Counted from the stretch's first letter, positions 29,515 through 41,598 are shown. The stretch is DNA of 64,000 nt from Nitrosopumilus sp. (GCA_965205425.1 CBDBGZ010000009.1:416001-480000); one strand, 5' to 3'. Numbers and translations are program-made. The notes: generated from the letters alone by a model not told the origin.

Positions 29515-29883
29515 TTAATTTTTGGAAGTAATAATATTGTTCAATTCATTAAGATCAAAAGGTTTTGTAAGTAATCCAAATAATCCAGAAGCCTCTGCTT
29601 TTTCAAATTCTTCATTATTGATGGTATAAGAGGATGTAAAGACTATTTTTGCATCTGGATTATCTTTTTTTATTTTAAAAAATGCATCATATCCATTCAT
29701 TACAGGCATTTTCAAATCCATTAAAACAATATCTGGACTAGATTCTTTGTATTTTTTGATGGCTTCTTTCCCATTTTTAGCCGTAATTACCTCATAATTT
29801 TCATATTTTAACATGTATTCTGTTGCTTCTAAAAATTGAGTATCATCATCAACCAACAAAATTCTAGGGTTTAACGACATCAA
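29515..29883 (-). CDS. CheY-like response regulator receiver
   Basis: LLVDDD, DLKMPVMNG and KPF motifs. Confidence 0.93.
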   Translation of the reverse strand: MMSLNPRILLVDDDTQFLEATEYMLKYENYEVITAKNGKEAIKKYKESSPDIVLMDLKMPVMNGYDAFFKIKKDNPDAKIVFTSSYTINNEEFEKAEASGLFGLLTKPFDLNELNNIITSKN

Positions 29884-29923
29884 TATCTCCTAAATTGGTA
29901 AGCATTAGCCATTATTAGAATAC

Positions 29924-31570
29924 TCATTTAGGCAACCTGATTGAAAATACAACAGGATTTGTAGCCGCATTAATGGTTCCTTTGTGCTGCTCTACAATAT
30001 TTTTACAGCTAGAAAGACCAAGTCCAGTACCTTCAAGTTTCGTTGTAAATAATGTATCAAAAACATGTTTCAAATCTTTTGTAGATATGTTAGGGCCAGA
30101 ATTTTCAAATTCAATTTTGACGTTAGATGAAGTTTCAAGTAGACGGATTGTAACATGTCCTTCGTTTTTTCCAATGGACTGGATTGCATTCAAAAGGATA
30201 TTTACAAATACAATCAACATCTTCTCATGATCAAATTTTATTATTATATCAGTATCAGGAGTATTGATTTTGATATTTGATAATATGTCTAATGTATCTA
30301 CTGCTTGCTGAATAGTCTGATTAATCGAATGTGGTTTTAGGATTATCGGGGTTGTTCGTACATAATTTAACACTTCTTCAATCTGATGTGAGATACGTCG
30401 TACCGACAAATTAATACGATTTATTTCTCTTGAAATAATTTCATTTTTGTCTTTGTTTTCTTTTTCAATTATGACTCCTGCATTTTTAATTGTGCCTAGA
30501 GGATTACGTATGTCATGAGCAATATTAGAAGAGAGTTGTCCGATTACAGTGAGTTTTTCTTTTTTGAAGGTCTGTGTACGTTTTAGTAAAAACACCAATA
30601 GAACAACAATTGTAGACATTAGCAGAAAGACGGTTTGAATCTTGGTAAAAAAGATGATCTCGTCAATTTCTTGATTTATTGATTGAGTTGGAGTAACTAC
30701 TGCAAATAAAAATTCATTTTTACCATTAACAGTTATAGGAATTGCAGAATTAATTCTCTCACCGATATTATCATCCAAAGTAAAAATTACAGTAGACAAA
30801 TTACCGTCTAAAACATGTAAGATGTGTGTATTTAGAAATGTATTACGTTCAATATCTTGTTGGATTTCATCCTCAAAAAAATTCTTTCCTACATTTTCCA
30901 CATTTGGATGAATAAGCAACACATTATTTTCATCCATAACTATTAAAAATTGAGATTCTACATCGTAAATATTCCCATGTCTCTTAAAGAATTCACTTGA
31001 AGGAAATGTAACAAGTAAAAGACCTTCAGGGATGTTTGTTTGTTTATTGATTATTGGGAACGTTATTGCAATTTCAGGCTCATCAAACAGAGCGGTGTTA
31101 ATTGAGAGTATTTTTGATTTAGATTCTATTCCAATTTTTTCAGAAATAAGCAGTTCAGATAATCCTTTGACAGTAGCTCCAACAAAAGAATTATTCTTTT
31201 TACTAGCTTGTGAAAGGATTTTGAAATTCTTATCAAGGGCAAAAATTTGTGCAGTTGGTGAGATTAAATTTAAACGATCAAACGTTTGTTCTATTAAGAG
31301 ATTTGATTCCTTTGTACCAAGATCAGTTTGTAATTCATCAAATTCTGCAAGAAGAGTTAATTCAAATACAATTAATTCTAACTCAGAGTTTATGTTCTTA
31401 GAAATGGATTTTGTGATAATCTCTTGAATTTCAATTTGATTTTTAATAATAGTATTTTTAATATTTTCTTCTTCAATACTATAAATTTCAATTGTAATAA
31501 CCATCAACAAAATAATTATTGCAAACGTTATTGCATACCATGCTGATTTTTTCTTGTTTTGAGATAACAA
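29924..31570 (-). CDS. Membrane sensor histidine kinase (Cache-like extracellular domain)
   Basis: Two TM segments; AHDIRNPL, NAIQS, FTTK and GTGLGL motifs. Confidence 0.93.
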   Translation of the reverse strand: MLSQNKKKSAWYAITFAIIILLMVITIEIYSIEEENIKNTIIKNQIEIQEIITKSISKNINSELELIVFELTLLAEFDELQTDLGTKESNLLIEQTFDRLNLISPTAQIFALDKNFKILSQASKKNNSFVGATVKGLSELLISEKIGIESKSKILSINTALFDEPEIAITFPIINKQTNIPEGLLLVTFPSSEFFKRHGNIYDVESQFLIVMDENNVLLIHPNVENVGKNFFEDEIQQDIERNTFLNTHILHVLDGNLSTVIFTLDDNIGERINSAIPITVNGKNEFLFAVVTPTQSINQEIDEIIFFTKIQTVFLLMSTIVVLLVFLLKRTQTFKKEKLTVIGQLSSNIAHDIRNPLGTIKNAGVIIEKENKDKNEIISREINRINLSVRRISHQIEEVLNYVRTTPIILKPHSINQTIQQAVDTLDILSNIKINTPDTDIIIKFDHEKMLIVFVNILLNAIQSIGKNEGHVTIRLLETSSNVKIEFENSGPNISTKDLKHVFDTLFTTKLEGTGLGLSSCKNIVEQHKGTINAATNPVVFSIRLPK

Positions 31571-32231
31571 TTAGAATCAAATCATTATGTCAAGATGGGA
31601 TTCATAAAGGATTCTACTATAGAGTTCAATTTCATATTTTTAGTATTGAAAATGGGCCCGAAGGGCATCAAAGTATCTTGTACATTATCAAAGTCCCATA
31701 CATATCCTCAAAAATCATTTAATTTGAAGAGTTTGATTCAATGTAACTTTTTGGACATGATTGTGTAAGGTATCAAAATAATCTTCATGCTCAGTATGAA
31801 TTGGAATCAATGTTTCAGGATTAGATTCATCAATTACTTTTTTAATTTGATCACCTGATCCATGACCTGATACATGAATTGTGTTCCAATTACCACTTTT
31901 TGATATTAAACCAAAATGAATTAACCATCTTTTAATCCGTTCTTGATCAATCTTCATTTCATCGTTAAACGGTTCTGTGGATGAACGAATATAACTTGAT
32001 TTTTCATCTGGTTGTATATCTATAAGATTCTGTAATTGGAAATCAGAACAGTAAAAAAGATATTTTTTAGGATTTTTTTTAATATCCGTATAATCTACAA
32101 AATTAGGATAATCTAAAAATTCACGTTCCCAATTTTTATAATCTGATTGAATTTCATTCATAGAATATTTAGAATGATCCAGCAAACCCCAAGACTTCCT
32201 TGAAACAAATACTTTGATACCTGAATCTACA

Positions 32232-33273
32232 TATCTTTTCCGGAAATTATTTCACCCCTTAACTAGGAGAGCATCATTCCCATACTATCGTATGCGTGGG
32301 TATCGTGGCATACCTATGGTAAAGTTAGATGAGAATAAGATCAGGTGGATTATACAATCTAAAAATGAAAAAGTCAAGAATTTAGATATTTCAGTAATCC
32401 TCAAGATAACGCCTAGAAGAGTACAACAAGTCTACTCTCAGTACAAAAAAACCAAAAAGATTCCCACACTCAAAAGACCAGGGCGTCCAAAAAAGCCAGT
32501 CACTGTACACGAGATAGAGCTAGTCAAACAAGTTCAAGAAAAATTTCATACAAACGCACTATACCTTGAGAAAATCATATCAAAATTGTACAATACCAAG
32601 ATAAACCACAATCGCATCCACAAGATTATGCTAGATGAAGGATTATCAGTTGAGCAACCACGGAAAAAGATGAGAAGAAAGTGGATCAGGTATGAACGTG
32701 AATATTCAAATTCACTGTGGCATACTGACTGGCACACAATACATGATTCACGCTGGGCAGGAAAACAACTAATTGCATTTGAAGATGATGCCTCACGATT
32801 TATCACGGGTTTCGGAGTGTATGATGAGGCAACATCTGTGAATTCTTCTGCAGTACTATCTGATGCAATAAAGAATCACGGTAGACCAGCATCCGTACTA
32901 TCTGATAATGGAAAACAGTTCACATCAAATGTCAATACTCTTGATCATAACAAGCCAGTAGACTTTGAGCAGCAACTAATGAGACATCACGTAAAGCACT
33001 CTCGTACAAGAGTGAGACATCCACAAACAAATGGTAAGCTAGAAAAGTTCTGGGATATCTTTGAGTGTAAAATAGAATACTTTGAGTCAGTGGAGCAGTT
33101 TATGCATTGGTACAATCACATTAGAGTTCATGGCGCACTAGACTTGGATAACATGGAGACACCATCTGATGCGTATCACTCCAAGATGATAACAAACGAA
33201 ATACTCATAGACCCAAGTATTCTATGGAGGAATTACTCATGAAAGTGACACGAAATAATTTCTGGAAAGAACA
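32232..33273 (+). mobile_element. IS481-family element copy 2
   Basis: Near-identical to 15894-16935 (3 substitutions noticed); 15-bp TSD ATACCTGAATCTACA. Confidence 0.93.
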
Positions 33274-33493
33274 ATACCTGAATCTACAGGTGAAGGATAA
33301 ATATGTCTCCAATCACTTGTAGTTTGAAATAATTTTAACAGATAAGCTTGTTTTGTATCTATAACTAAATCACGTCCCATTATTTTAGATGCATTATAAA
33401 ACGAAAGCAATCTATCAAGATCTCTAGTTGGATACGTGCATACAACTAAACCTTCAGTATTTCCAATAACATCAGCAACCTTATCTTCAACAT

Positions 33494-34812
33494 CAGTAGA
33501 TGGGAAAGTACATCAAATTACACATTCTAGAAAATAATTATTTTTGTTATTTCTAAAGTAATGAATAATTATCTTTACAAAGAAATATTTGAGAATTTCA
33601 ATTGATATTATTGGTTTGTGATTTTGTACATTAGTTTCTTCTGAGATAATCAAATTAGCAATTATCCATGCATTGTACAAAATCAATGAATAGTAAAAAT
33701 ACAACAATCTTATGGATTGGTTTGAACTGGTGGTTTTTGGTCTGAACCTTCCCACACATGCATATCCTGTTTCAATTCCCCAACGTTTCTTGTAATCAGT
33801 TGGAATGTTTTGTATGTTATATGATATTTCTTTTGGTGAAACGTTTGTTGCAAACACAACATACTGATCAATAATATTTGATTTTTTTCTTGCATTTTTG
33901 TTTGGTAGAATAACTAGATTAAATGATTCTACATGTCCTGATGATGATTTTATTGTGTATGGCGAGATTGACTTTCTATCTCCATTAACGTATTGTAAAA
34001 TGGCATCTTTGATTCGAGAATTCTTTTTTGCAGGCATTAGAAATTTCAGATTCTTTTGTTTTATTTCTGAAATTGTTCCAGCTGTGAAAAACTCCCTATC
34101 CACTAGCAATAGTTTAATCTTGATTCCATTATTGATGCCATCAGAGAGTAATTTACGCACAAAACCGGCATTTGATATGTTGTCATACAAAGGATAACAA
34201 CCTAGTTGAGCCCTGATTCTTTTTTCAACGCACTGCATGGTGCAGTAACTCTCAAAATGAGTAGTACTGTTTTTTGATTTTGATTTTATTAAAGAATGGT
34301 TTGGCAATTTGTCATATCTTGGGATTAGATGTTTGTCAATTGCCACAGTAACTGGTTGCTCCAATACTCCCAATTCTTGTAATTTTGATACTGTACTATC
34401 CAGTGAACGATGTAATTGAATTTGCATTGTTTTTTGTGATATTTTTGATATGATTTTTCTCAACCATGAACCAGTTGGAGAATGATTCTGGGATTCCATT
34501 GCCAGTCTCTTTAATCCAGATTCAGAATATGAATTTCCCAAACACAATGACATGATAGAATTATGTGCGTCTGCATTGTGGAACCGTGAGTTATTTTTAC
34601 TAGAGCATGGAAACAACAAGATATTGTACATTATTTTAGTGATAATCTCAAATGCTTTAGATAGTATCACGCCTTGGTGTGTCATGGTATCAAATGAAGT
34701 ACAATGCATATTTGATGGAGTGACATACTTTCATCAAGCTTTTTCTATCTGAATAGATTGATTGAATAATTGATAGTTTTTGATCTAAATTGAGTTACTT
34801 TCCCATCTACTG
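33494..34812 (-). mobile_element. ISH3-family element copy 2 with intact transposase (33513-34709)
   Basis: TIR CAGTAGATGGGAAAGTA at both ends; 5-bp TSD AACAT. Confidence 0.93.
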
Positions 34813-35672
34813 AACATCAAATTCATTAATACTACCTTGTTTGTTAATTCTCGTTCCTTCACATAAAAGATAATCAAGATTTTCTAATCCACATTTATCA
34901 ACAAAATTTTGACTATTATTAGGATTTCTTCCATGAAATCTAATATCAGCCGTATATCCAATATCACCTTCAGAAGTATGAATCAAAAATCCAAATACTC
35001 CAGGTAATGAATGATCAATGGGTATTGATTCAACAGTTATTGAATCAAATTTTAGTTCTTTTGAAGGATTAATAATTTGAATATTCCTATCAATCTCGTC
35101 TCTATGCTCAGGATTTTTTGCTCTACTATATTCTCCTTTAGAATTTTTATACATTTTAAAATTTTCTTTGTAAGTAATGTATTCTTCATCGCCACCCATA
35201 TCTTGAAAGCCTTGCATGATTAACTTACTTGCACTAGAACAATAAATTGGAATTTCAGGTCTCAGATAATGTATATATGCACAATGATCAACATGTGCAT
35301 GAGTTAATAAAACTCCATCAACTTGAGTTTCTTCATTATAATCACCATATCCCATATGTTTTGAATAATCTTTACGATAAATTCCTTTAACATCAGGTAA
35401 TAAATCAAATTCAAACAAATCCCCAAACCCATTTAATTTTCTCGGATTCATAAATTCTGCAAAATATTGATTTACTTTGCCCATCTGCATCCCAAAATCA
35501 AGAAAAACTTTAGTATCTTTATCTTTGAGTAAAATTTTATTTCCTCCGATTTCATTTATGCCACCATAAAATGTTAGAGATACCATAGAGATATGATAAC
35601 CACCTATAATAAAAAATAGATTATAAAAATAAACAATCAATATTTCTTGTTATAAAAAAATATTTGATAATA

Positions 35673-35888
35673 CTATTCATTCTCAACAATCATATCAATC
35701 ACATCTCTTTTACTAATATGATATTTTTTTCTATATTCATCAATCATATATACATCGTCTAAAGAAGACAATTCATCCAAAACAAGTTTTTTAGAATATT
35801 CATCTTCTAAAATTTCCAACTGTTCTTTAGAAAATATTGTATTTAATTTTGTTAAATTTTCATTTTGGATGATTATTTCTAAAACCAT
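35673..35888 (-). CDS. Small acidic hypothetical protein
   Basis: 71-aa ATG ORF upstream of, and co-oriented with, the RNase J-like gene. Confidence 0.5.
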   Translation of the reverse strand: MVLEIIIQNENLTKLNTIFSKEQLEILEDEYSKKLVLDELSSLDDVYMIDEYRKKYHISKRDVIDMIVENE

Positions 35889-36016
35889 ATGAAAAATAAG
35901 AAATCTGGAGTTTTAAGTAACAGTTATTACATAATACCCTTCAGCATAATCTAAATTTCCCGCATCATACCCACAATCAAGAACAAATGTAAATAAGACA
36001 AACTTGGATTTAAATT

Positions 36017-36997
36017 ATGAAAAATCAATATATAGAAGACCTTCAAGATAATACAGAAATTAATTCAACATTTGCAGTAACATCAAAATCATCACCAGGA
36101 AATTACAAAAATAAAACTGGATTGTGGTTTTCCATTGAAATTACAGATAAAACTGGAAAGATGGATATCAAATATTGGGGAGGATTGGATGAAGAGAAAA
36201 CTGAGAAAATACATAATTCCTTTGAAGTAGGAGACATAATATCAATTACAGGTAAATGTAGATTTGATAATTATTCAAATTCTCTGACAATATCAATTGA
36301 TGAGAAAAATGGACAGACAATTCAAAAAAGTGATACGTTTGATCTAGTAGATTTTCTTCCAACTACAAACAAAGACATAGACAAAATGGTATTAAATTTA
36401 AAAAATATCATTGAAGAAATAGAAAATACAGACATGAAAATACTAATGAAATCTTTCTTTGATGATGCAATATTTTTAGAAAAATATTCAAAAACACCTG
36501 CTGCATCAATATATCATCATAACTACGTAGGAGGATTAATTGAACATGTTTTGAATATGATTGAATTAGCTAAAGTGATATCAACACAATATCCAAATGA
36601 ATTAGATTTGGATTTATTGATTGTGGGATGTATACTTCATGATATAGGAAAAATGAAAGAATTGGAGATGAAAGCATCCATCACATATAGTGTAACAGGT
36701 TCACTACTAGGACATATTACAATAGGATCACACATGGTACAAAACAAAATTGAATCAATAGAGAATTTCCCAGAAAATCTAAAAAATAAAATTCTTCATT
36801 TAATTTTAAGTCATCATGGTTCATTAGAATTTGGATCTCCAGTAGAACCAATGATTCCAGAAGCAATTGTATTAAACAGAATTGATGAATGTGATTCAAA
36901 AACAAAACGTGTATTGCAATTAAAACAAGAACATATGTCTAAAAGTAAAGATGAAATTATCCGTATTAGGAATTTTGGAAAAATGTATTTAAAATAA
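36017..36997 (+). CDS. YhaM/Cbf1-like OB-fold + HD-domain 3'-5' exonuclease
   Basis: DKTGKMDIKYW (OB fold); PAASIYHHNYVGGLIEH, LHDIGK, GSLLGHI and SHHGSLEFGSP motifs. Confidence 0.9.
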   Translation: MKNQYIEDLQDNTEINSTFAVTSKSSPGNYKNKTGLWFSIEITDKTGKMDIKYWGGLDEEKTEKIHNSFEVGDIISITGKCRFDNYSNSLTISIDEKNGQTIQKSDTFDLVDFLPTTNKDIDKMVLNLKNIIEEIENTDMKILMKSFFDDAIFLEKYSKTPAASIYHHNYVGGLIEHVLNMIELAKVISTQYPNELDLDLLIVGCILHDIGKMKELEMKASITYSVTGSLLGHITIGSHMVQNKIESIENFPENLKNKILHLILSHHGSLEFGSPVEPMIPEAIVLNRIDECDSKTKRVLQLKQEHMSKSKDEIIRIRNFGKMYLK

Positions 36998-37048
36998 AAA
37001 TTACCTGCATTACCGCCTTATCAAATTTAACAAAGTCCACAAACTACA

Positions 37049-37074
37049 ACCTTAGTGCAAATTTGCACTAAGGT
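37049..37074. repeat. Perfect 26-bp palindrome
   Basis: ACCTTAGTGCAAA|TTTGCACTAAGGT. Confidence 0.85.
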
Positions 37075-37092
37075 CAGCAACTAAACCACATA

Positions 37093-37984
37093 TAGCGAAA
37101 AGATAAAGTTCGTGAACTAAATTATTCCAAAACAAAAAACTTTTTGATCACTATGTATGGTAAAATTTGATGAACAAGTTAGAATCACTTGAAGCAGCAT
37201 ACAAAAAAGAAAACTCCAAGGTTGCAGCAAGGATGCTTGCAGTGTTGATGATTCTAAAGGATGGAAAGGACATACAGTGCACTGCAAAGACATTACACCA
37301 CTGCACAAGCTGGGTGAGAAAATGGGTGAGTCGTTTTGAGATAGATGGCCTCTACGATCTCCCAAGAAGTGTAGGCCAAGAACAATCTCCCAGACCAGAA
37401 TGGATTGTATCATGTCAAAAGCAATGCTAACTTTGTTTACTCCCATAATGTTGCAACAAAGTATCTTTTATTCCACTGGAGTAAAATTTCACATAACCCA
37501 CATCAGAAAGATAATGCACCAATACGGCAAGAGAATATTTCTTCCATATACAGGACGACATGAGAGTCTGGTAGTGTATGGTACAATTACAGAAAATGGT
37601 AATCAACTATTCAGAGTTTATAACAAATTCAATGCTGTAACATTTGTAGAATATCTAAAAGAGTTACACTGGAAATACGGCAAAATTGCAATCATTTTAG
37701 ATAGAGCATCAGTTCACAAATCAAAGAAGGTAAAGGAATACCTTGCAAACAATAGAGATGTCAAACTAATCTGGTTGCCAAAGGGATCACCATACTTGAA
37801 CATGATAGAGCAGTGCTGGAAGATAAGCAAATATGCATTGTTGGTTTCAGAGTATTATGCAATGTTTGCAATAATGAACAAGGCAGTGTCCGAATATTTC
37901 AGAGTGACAAAATTCAAGCTTGATGTTGCAAATTATATCTTTAGAAATCCTGCAAAGATGTTTGCGAACTTTTGATCGTCGCTA
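37093..37984 (+). mobile_element. IS630-family element A copy 3 (frameshifted, internal deletion of about 190 bp)
   Basis: Same TIRs and TA duplication as 23224-24306; QYG joined directly to KRIF. Confidence 0.9.
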
Positions 37985-37989
37985 TACAA

Positions 37990-38048
37990 GACGTTATGAC
38001 CATCAGTCTGGAACGCCCGAAGGGTGTTACGACTGAGGAAGGAACGTC
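37990..38048. ncRNA. Putative structured RNA/DNA hairpin with three nested stems
   Basis: GACGTT/AACGTC, TCAGTC/GACTGA and AACGCCC/GGGTGTT; GC-rich in an AT-rich context; strand uncertain. Confidence 0.5.
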
Positions 38049-38069
38049 ACAAAATCCATAATAACAATG

Positions 38070-38140
38070 TGGACCCGTTGGGAGTTGAACCCAAATCTCC
38101 TAGTTCTTACTTAGGTGCGTGACCGTCACGCTACGAGCCC
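38070..38140 (-). tRNA. Atypical tRNA-like gene (Ala-type acceptor, AAG anticodon)
   Basis: GGGCTCG TA GCGT-GACGGTC-ACGC A CCTAA-GTAAGAA-CTAGG AGAT TTGGG-TTCAACT-CCCAA CGGGTCC A; 71-nt cloverleaf. Confidence 0.75.
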
Positions 38141-38175
38141 ACAAAGTATATTAGAAAATACTAAACTAATAATGT

Positions 38176-38191
38176 TAGTTCTTACTTAGGT
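38176..38191. repeat. Exact 16-bp copy of the tRNA-like anticodon arm
   Basis: TAGTTCTTACTTAGGT at 38101-38116 and 38176-38191. Confidence 0.85.
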
Positions 38192-38284
38192 TAGGCCAGC
38201 GCGCTAATCTCTTTTTTCTATTTTCAAAATATGGTACGTGTTTAGGTCCAGACTCACACATATTTTACAGTAGATGGGAAAGTA

Positions 38285-39430
38285 TAGTTAAGGCATTAAA
38301 TATTTGAATAATTTCACAACTCGAACGTCTCCATTATCTAGTCTCTTCTGCATGTGTTTTCTCATCTCAGTTCCATTTGCAAAGAATGTATTGGCATTAC
38401 CATTTTTCTCTTCTCTCCACTGTACCTCAATTGGATTGAGTTCTGGGGTGTATGCAGGAAAATATCTTATGATTACATTTCTTTTTGATACCTTGAGAAA
38501 TTCTTTTACTCTGACACTTTTGTGGTATGATGCATTGTCTGCAAATAATAACAGTTTCTTACCAAATTGTTTCTGCAGTGATTCTAAAAAATCAAGAAAT
38601 GAGTCTGTGTTTGATTTATCATAAAATCTGCAAAAAAATACGCCGTCATCCCCCAATGCACCAAATGATTGAAATTTTTCTCGAGTGTAATTAATTGGTG
38701 TGGTAATGTTATTGCCTGCAAGATACCATCCGCGCTTTATGTTAGGTGCTATCTTGTTTGTTGACTCATCCAGACATAGTGTGGTGTATCCCAATTTGGA
38801 ATATTTTTTGATACTCCTTTTTGCGTTTTTTTAAAACGGGTTTGTTCCTCTTTTGAGGCTGATTTGTGATGTGTGGGACGTGGTTTTTTTGATGAGAATC
38901 CAATTCTGTGCAGCAATTCACGCATTCCTCTTGCAGAGTATAGGGTGTTGTATTTTTTATTCACATGTGTAATTACCATTCTTGTACTCCACATGAATTG
39001 GTTAAATCCAAACTTTTCTGGACCTGAAATTAGATCATTTCTTAATGATACTAGCTGTTTTTCATTTAGAAAACATCTAGAACCAGAATATTTCTTGCGG
39101 TGTGATGCAGATATTCCCTCTTCATCCATTCGATTTAGCCAGTAGGACAGAGTTGATGGTATGACATCCAGACTTGCACATATCACAGAATACGGAATAT
39201 TTTGTTTTCTTAGTATTGCAGCCTTTAATCTTATCTTTGCTTTTGCATTTTTTTCATTCTTGCATACTTTTCTTAAAAAATTAATGCTTGTACCTTTCAT
39301 GAATTGATTTCCAGAGGAAACCTTGGATTGTCTTGTACTCTTTGACATGGTTTCATGAATTGATTCTACGATCTAGATCTTTTGGGTTAAAATACTTGAC
39401 AGTTTATTCAGAATTTATATGCCTAAATTA
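38285..39430 (-). mobile_element. IS630-family element B (orfA 38749-39348, orfB 38288-38794, probable programmed frameshift)
   Basis: TA duplication; imperfect TIRs; LDES, ADNASYH and PAYTPELNPIE motifs; slippery TTTAAAAAAA at the overlap. Confidence 0.88.
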
Positions 39431-40571
39431 TAACTCAAGTTACACATTCTAGAAAATAATTATTTTTGTTATTTCTAAAGTAATGAATAATTATCTTTAC
39501 AAAGAAATATTTGAGAATTTCAATTGATATTATTGGTTTGTAATTTTTTACATTAGTTTCTTCTGAGATAATCAAATTAGCAATTATCCATGCATTGTAC
39601 AAAATCAATGAATAGTAAAAATACAACAATCTTATGGATTGGTTTGAACTGGTGGTTTTTGGTCTGAACCTTCCCACACATGCATAGCCTGTTTCAATTC
39701 CCCAACGTTTCTTGTAATCAGTTGGAATGTTTTGTATGTTATATGATATTTCTTTTGGTGAAACGTTTGTTGCAAACACAACATACTGATCAATAATATC
39801 TGATTTTTTTCTTGCATTTTTGTTTGGTAGAATAACTAGATTAAATGATTCTACATGTCCTGATGATGATTTTATTGTGTATGGCGAGATTGACTTTCTA
39901 TCTCCATTAACGTATTGTAAAATGGCATCTTTGATTCGAGAATTCTTTTTTGCAGGCATTAGAAATTTTAAATTCCTTTGTTTTATTTCTGAAATTGTTC
40001 CAGCTGTGAAAAACTCCCTATCCACTAGCAATAGTTTAATCTTGATTCCATTATTGATGCCATCAGAGAGTAATTTACGCACAAAATCGGCATTTGATAT
40101 GTTGTCATACAAAGGATAACAACCTAATTGAGCCCTGATTCTTTTTTCAACGCACTGCATGGTGCAGTAACTCTCAAAATGAGTAGTACTGTTTTTAGAT
40201 TTTGATTTTATTAAAGAATGGTTTGGCAATTTGTCATATCTTGGGATTAGATGTTTGTCAATTGCTACAGTAACTGGTTGCTCCAATACTCCCAATTCTT
40301 GTAATTTTGATATGGTACTATCTAGTGACTGATGTAATTGAATTTGCATTGTTTTTTGTGATATTTTTGATATGATTTTTCTCAACCATGAACCAGTTGG
40401 AGAAGCATTATCTGATTCCATTGCCAGTCTCTTTAATCCTGATTCTGCATACGAATTTCCCAAACACAATGACATGATAGAATTATGTGCATCTGCATTG
40501 TGGAACCGTGAGTTATTTTTACTAGAGCATGGAAACAACAAGATATTGTACATTATTTTAGTGATAATCTC

Positions 40572-41598
40572 GGGTGTGTCCTAAAAGTAGACAAATATAA
40601 CAATTTTATTCAATTCTGTAACATATTGATCGCATGGAATCACAACAACTATGCAAAACAAATCAAAAAGAGACTGGCAAGTATATGGCACATATCGCAA
40701 GGATGAGGAGATTCTATTCTTGGAAAAAGTAAAGAAGACAGTTTGGAGTATGGATACACCATGGGAACCAAAGACAGGCGGACGTCCTGCATTTCCAACA
40801 AAAGCAAAGATAATGTGTGCAATGCTAAAGGTAAAGTTTGGATTGGATTATCGTTCCATGGAGTCCCACTTGAGATCAAGGCCGGATCTGTTGGAAATAA
40901 TGGAGCTCAAAAAAGCACCAAGCAAGACTGTCATTAATGACAGTCTAAAAAGAATTCCAATGCCTTATTTGAAAAAGGTAAACGCAAAACTCACAGAACC
41001 AATCAAAAAAAAGACATAGCTCCTGACAGTTCAGGATTTGGTACCAAAAGATGTGAGGCTTGGTTTGACATCAAGACAAACACGCACAAATCCAAGAAAT
41101 TATATCTAAAACTGCACATCCTAATTGCAATACAGTCCATGGCAATAGTATCTTTTGACATTACTAAAGGAACTCGTGGTGATGCACCAATTCTCAAAAA
41201 ATTAATCAAAGACATTCCAAAGGGAATTGGTGATTTTTGTGCAGATCCTGCATATTTGTCACGAGACATTTGCAATATGGTAGCTACTCTGCAAAAGATA
41301 CCATACATCAAACCAAAGAAGAACACAGTTAGAAATCCCAAAGGCTCTGCATCATGGAAAAAAAATGATAACATTATTCCAGGACAATCAAGATGAATTT
41401 GACAGACATTATCACAAGAGGTCACTTGTTGAATCAGTATTTGCAGTACTCAAAAGAATCTTTGGAAATAGCTTGTCATCAAAAAACAAGTTGGTTCAAA
41501 GAAAAGAGTTGGCGTTGCGTGTAATTTGTTACAACATACGAGTTGTTAATTTGATGGGGGTTACAAAACATGTTAGAGGATAGTTTTAGGACACACCC
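40572..41598 (+). mobile_element. IS5-family element with a split transposase
   Basis: TIR GGGTGTGTCCTAAAA; 9-bp TSD GATAATCTC; APDSSGF, ADPAY and YHKRSLVESVF motifs; frame changes at two A8 runs (about 41005 and 41358). Confidence 0.88.

Larger units (their letters stand above)
31715..35586 (-). pseudogene. RNase J-like MBL/beta-CASP nuclease split into three by IS481 and ISH3
   Basis: Pieces 34813-35586 (GGINEIGGN, THAHVDH, HSLPG, EGTRI), 33274-33493 and 31715-32231 (HVSGH, PIHTEH) rejoin in frame after removing the IS and TSDs. Confidence 0.88.

Noticed and set aside
38030..38050. CTGAGGA as a hammerhead ribozyme core (CUGANGA)
   Set aside because: No stem II followed by GAAA, and no suitable cleavage-site geometry found
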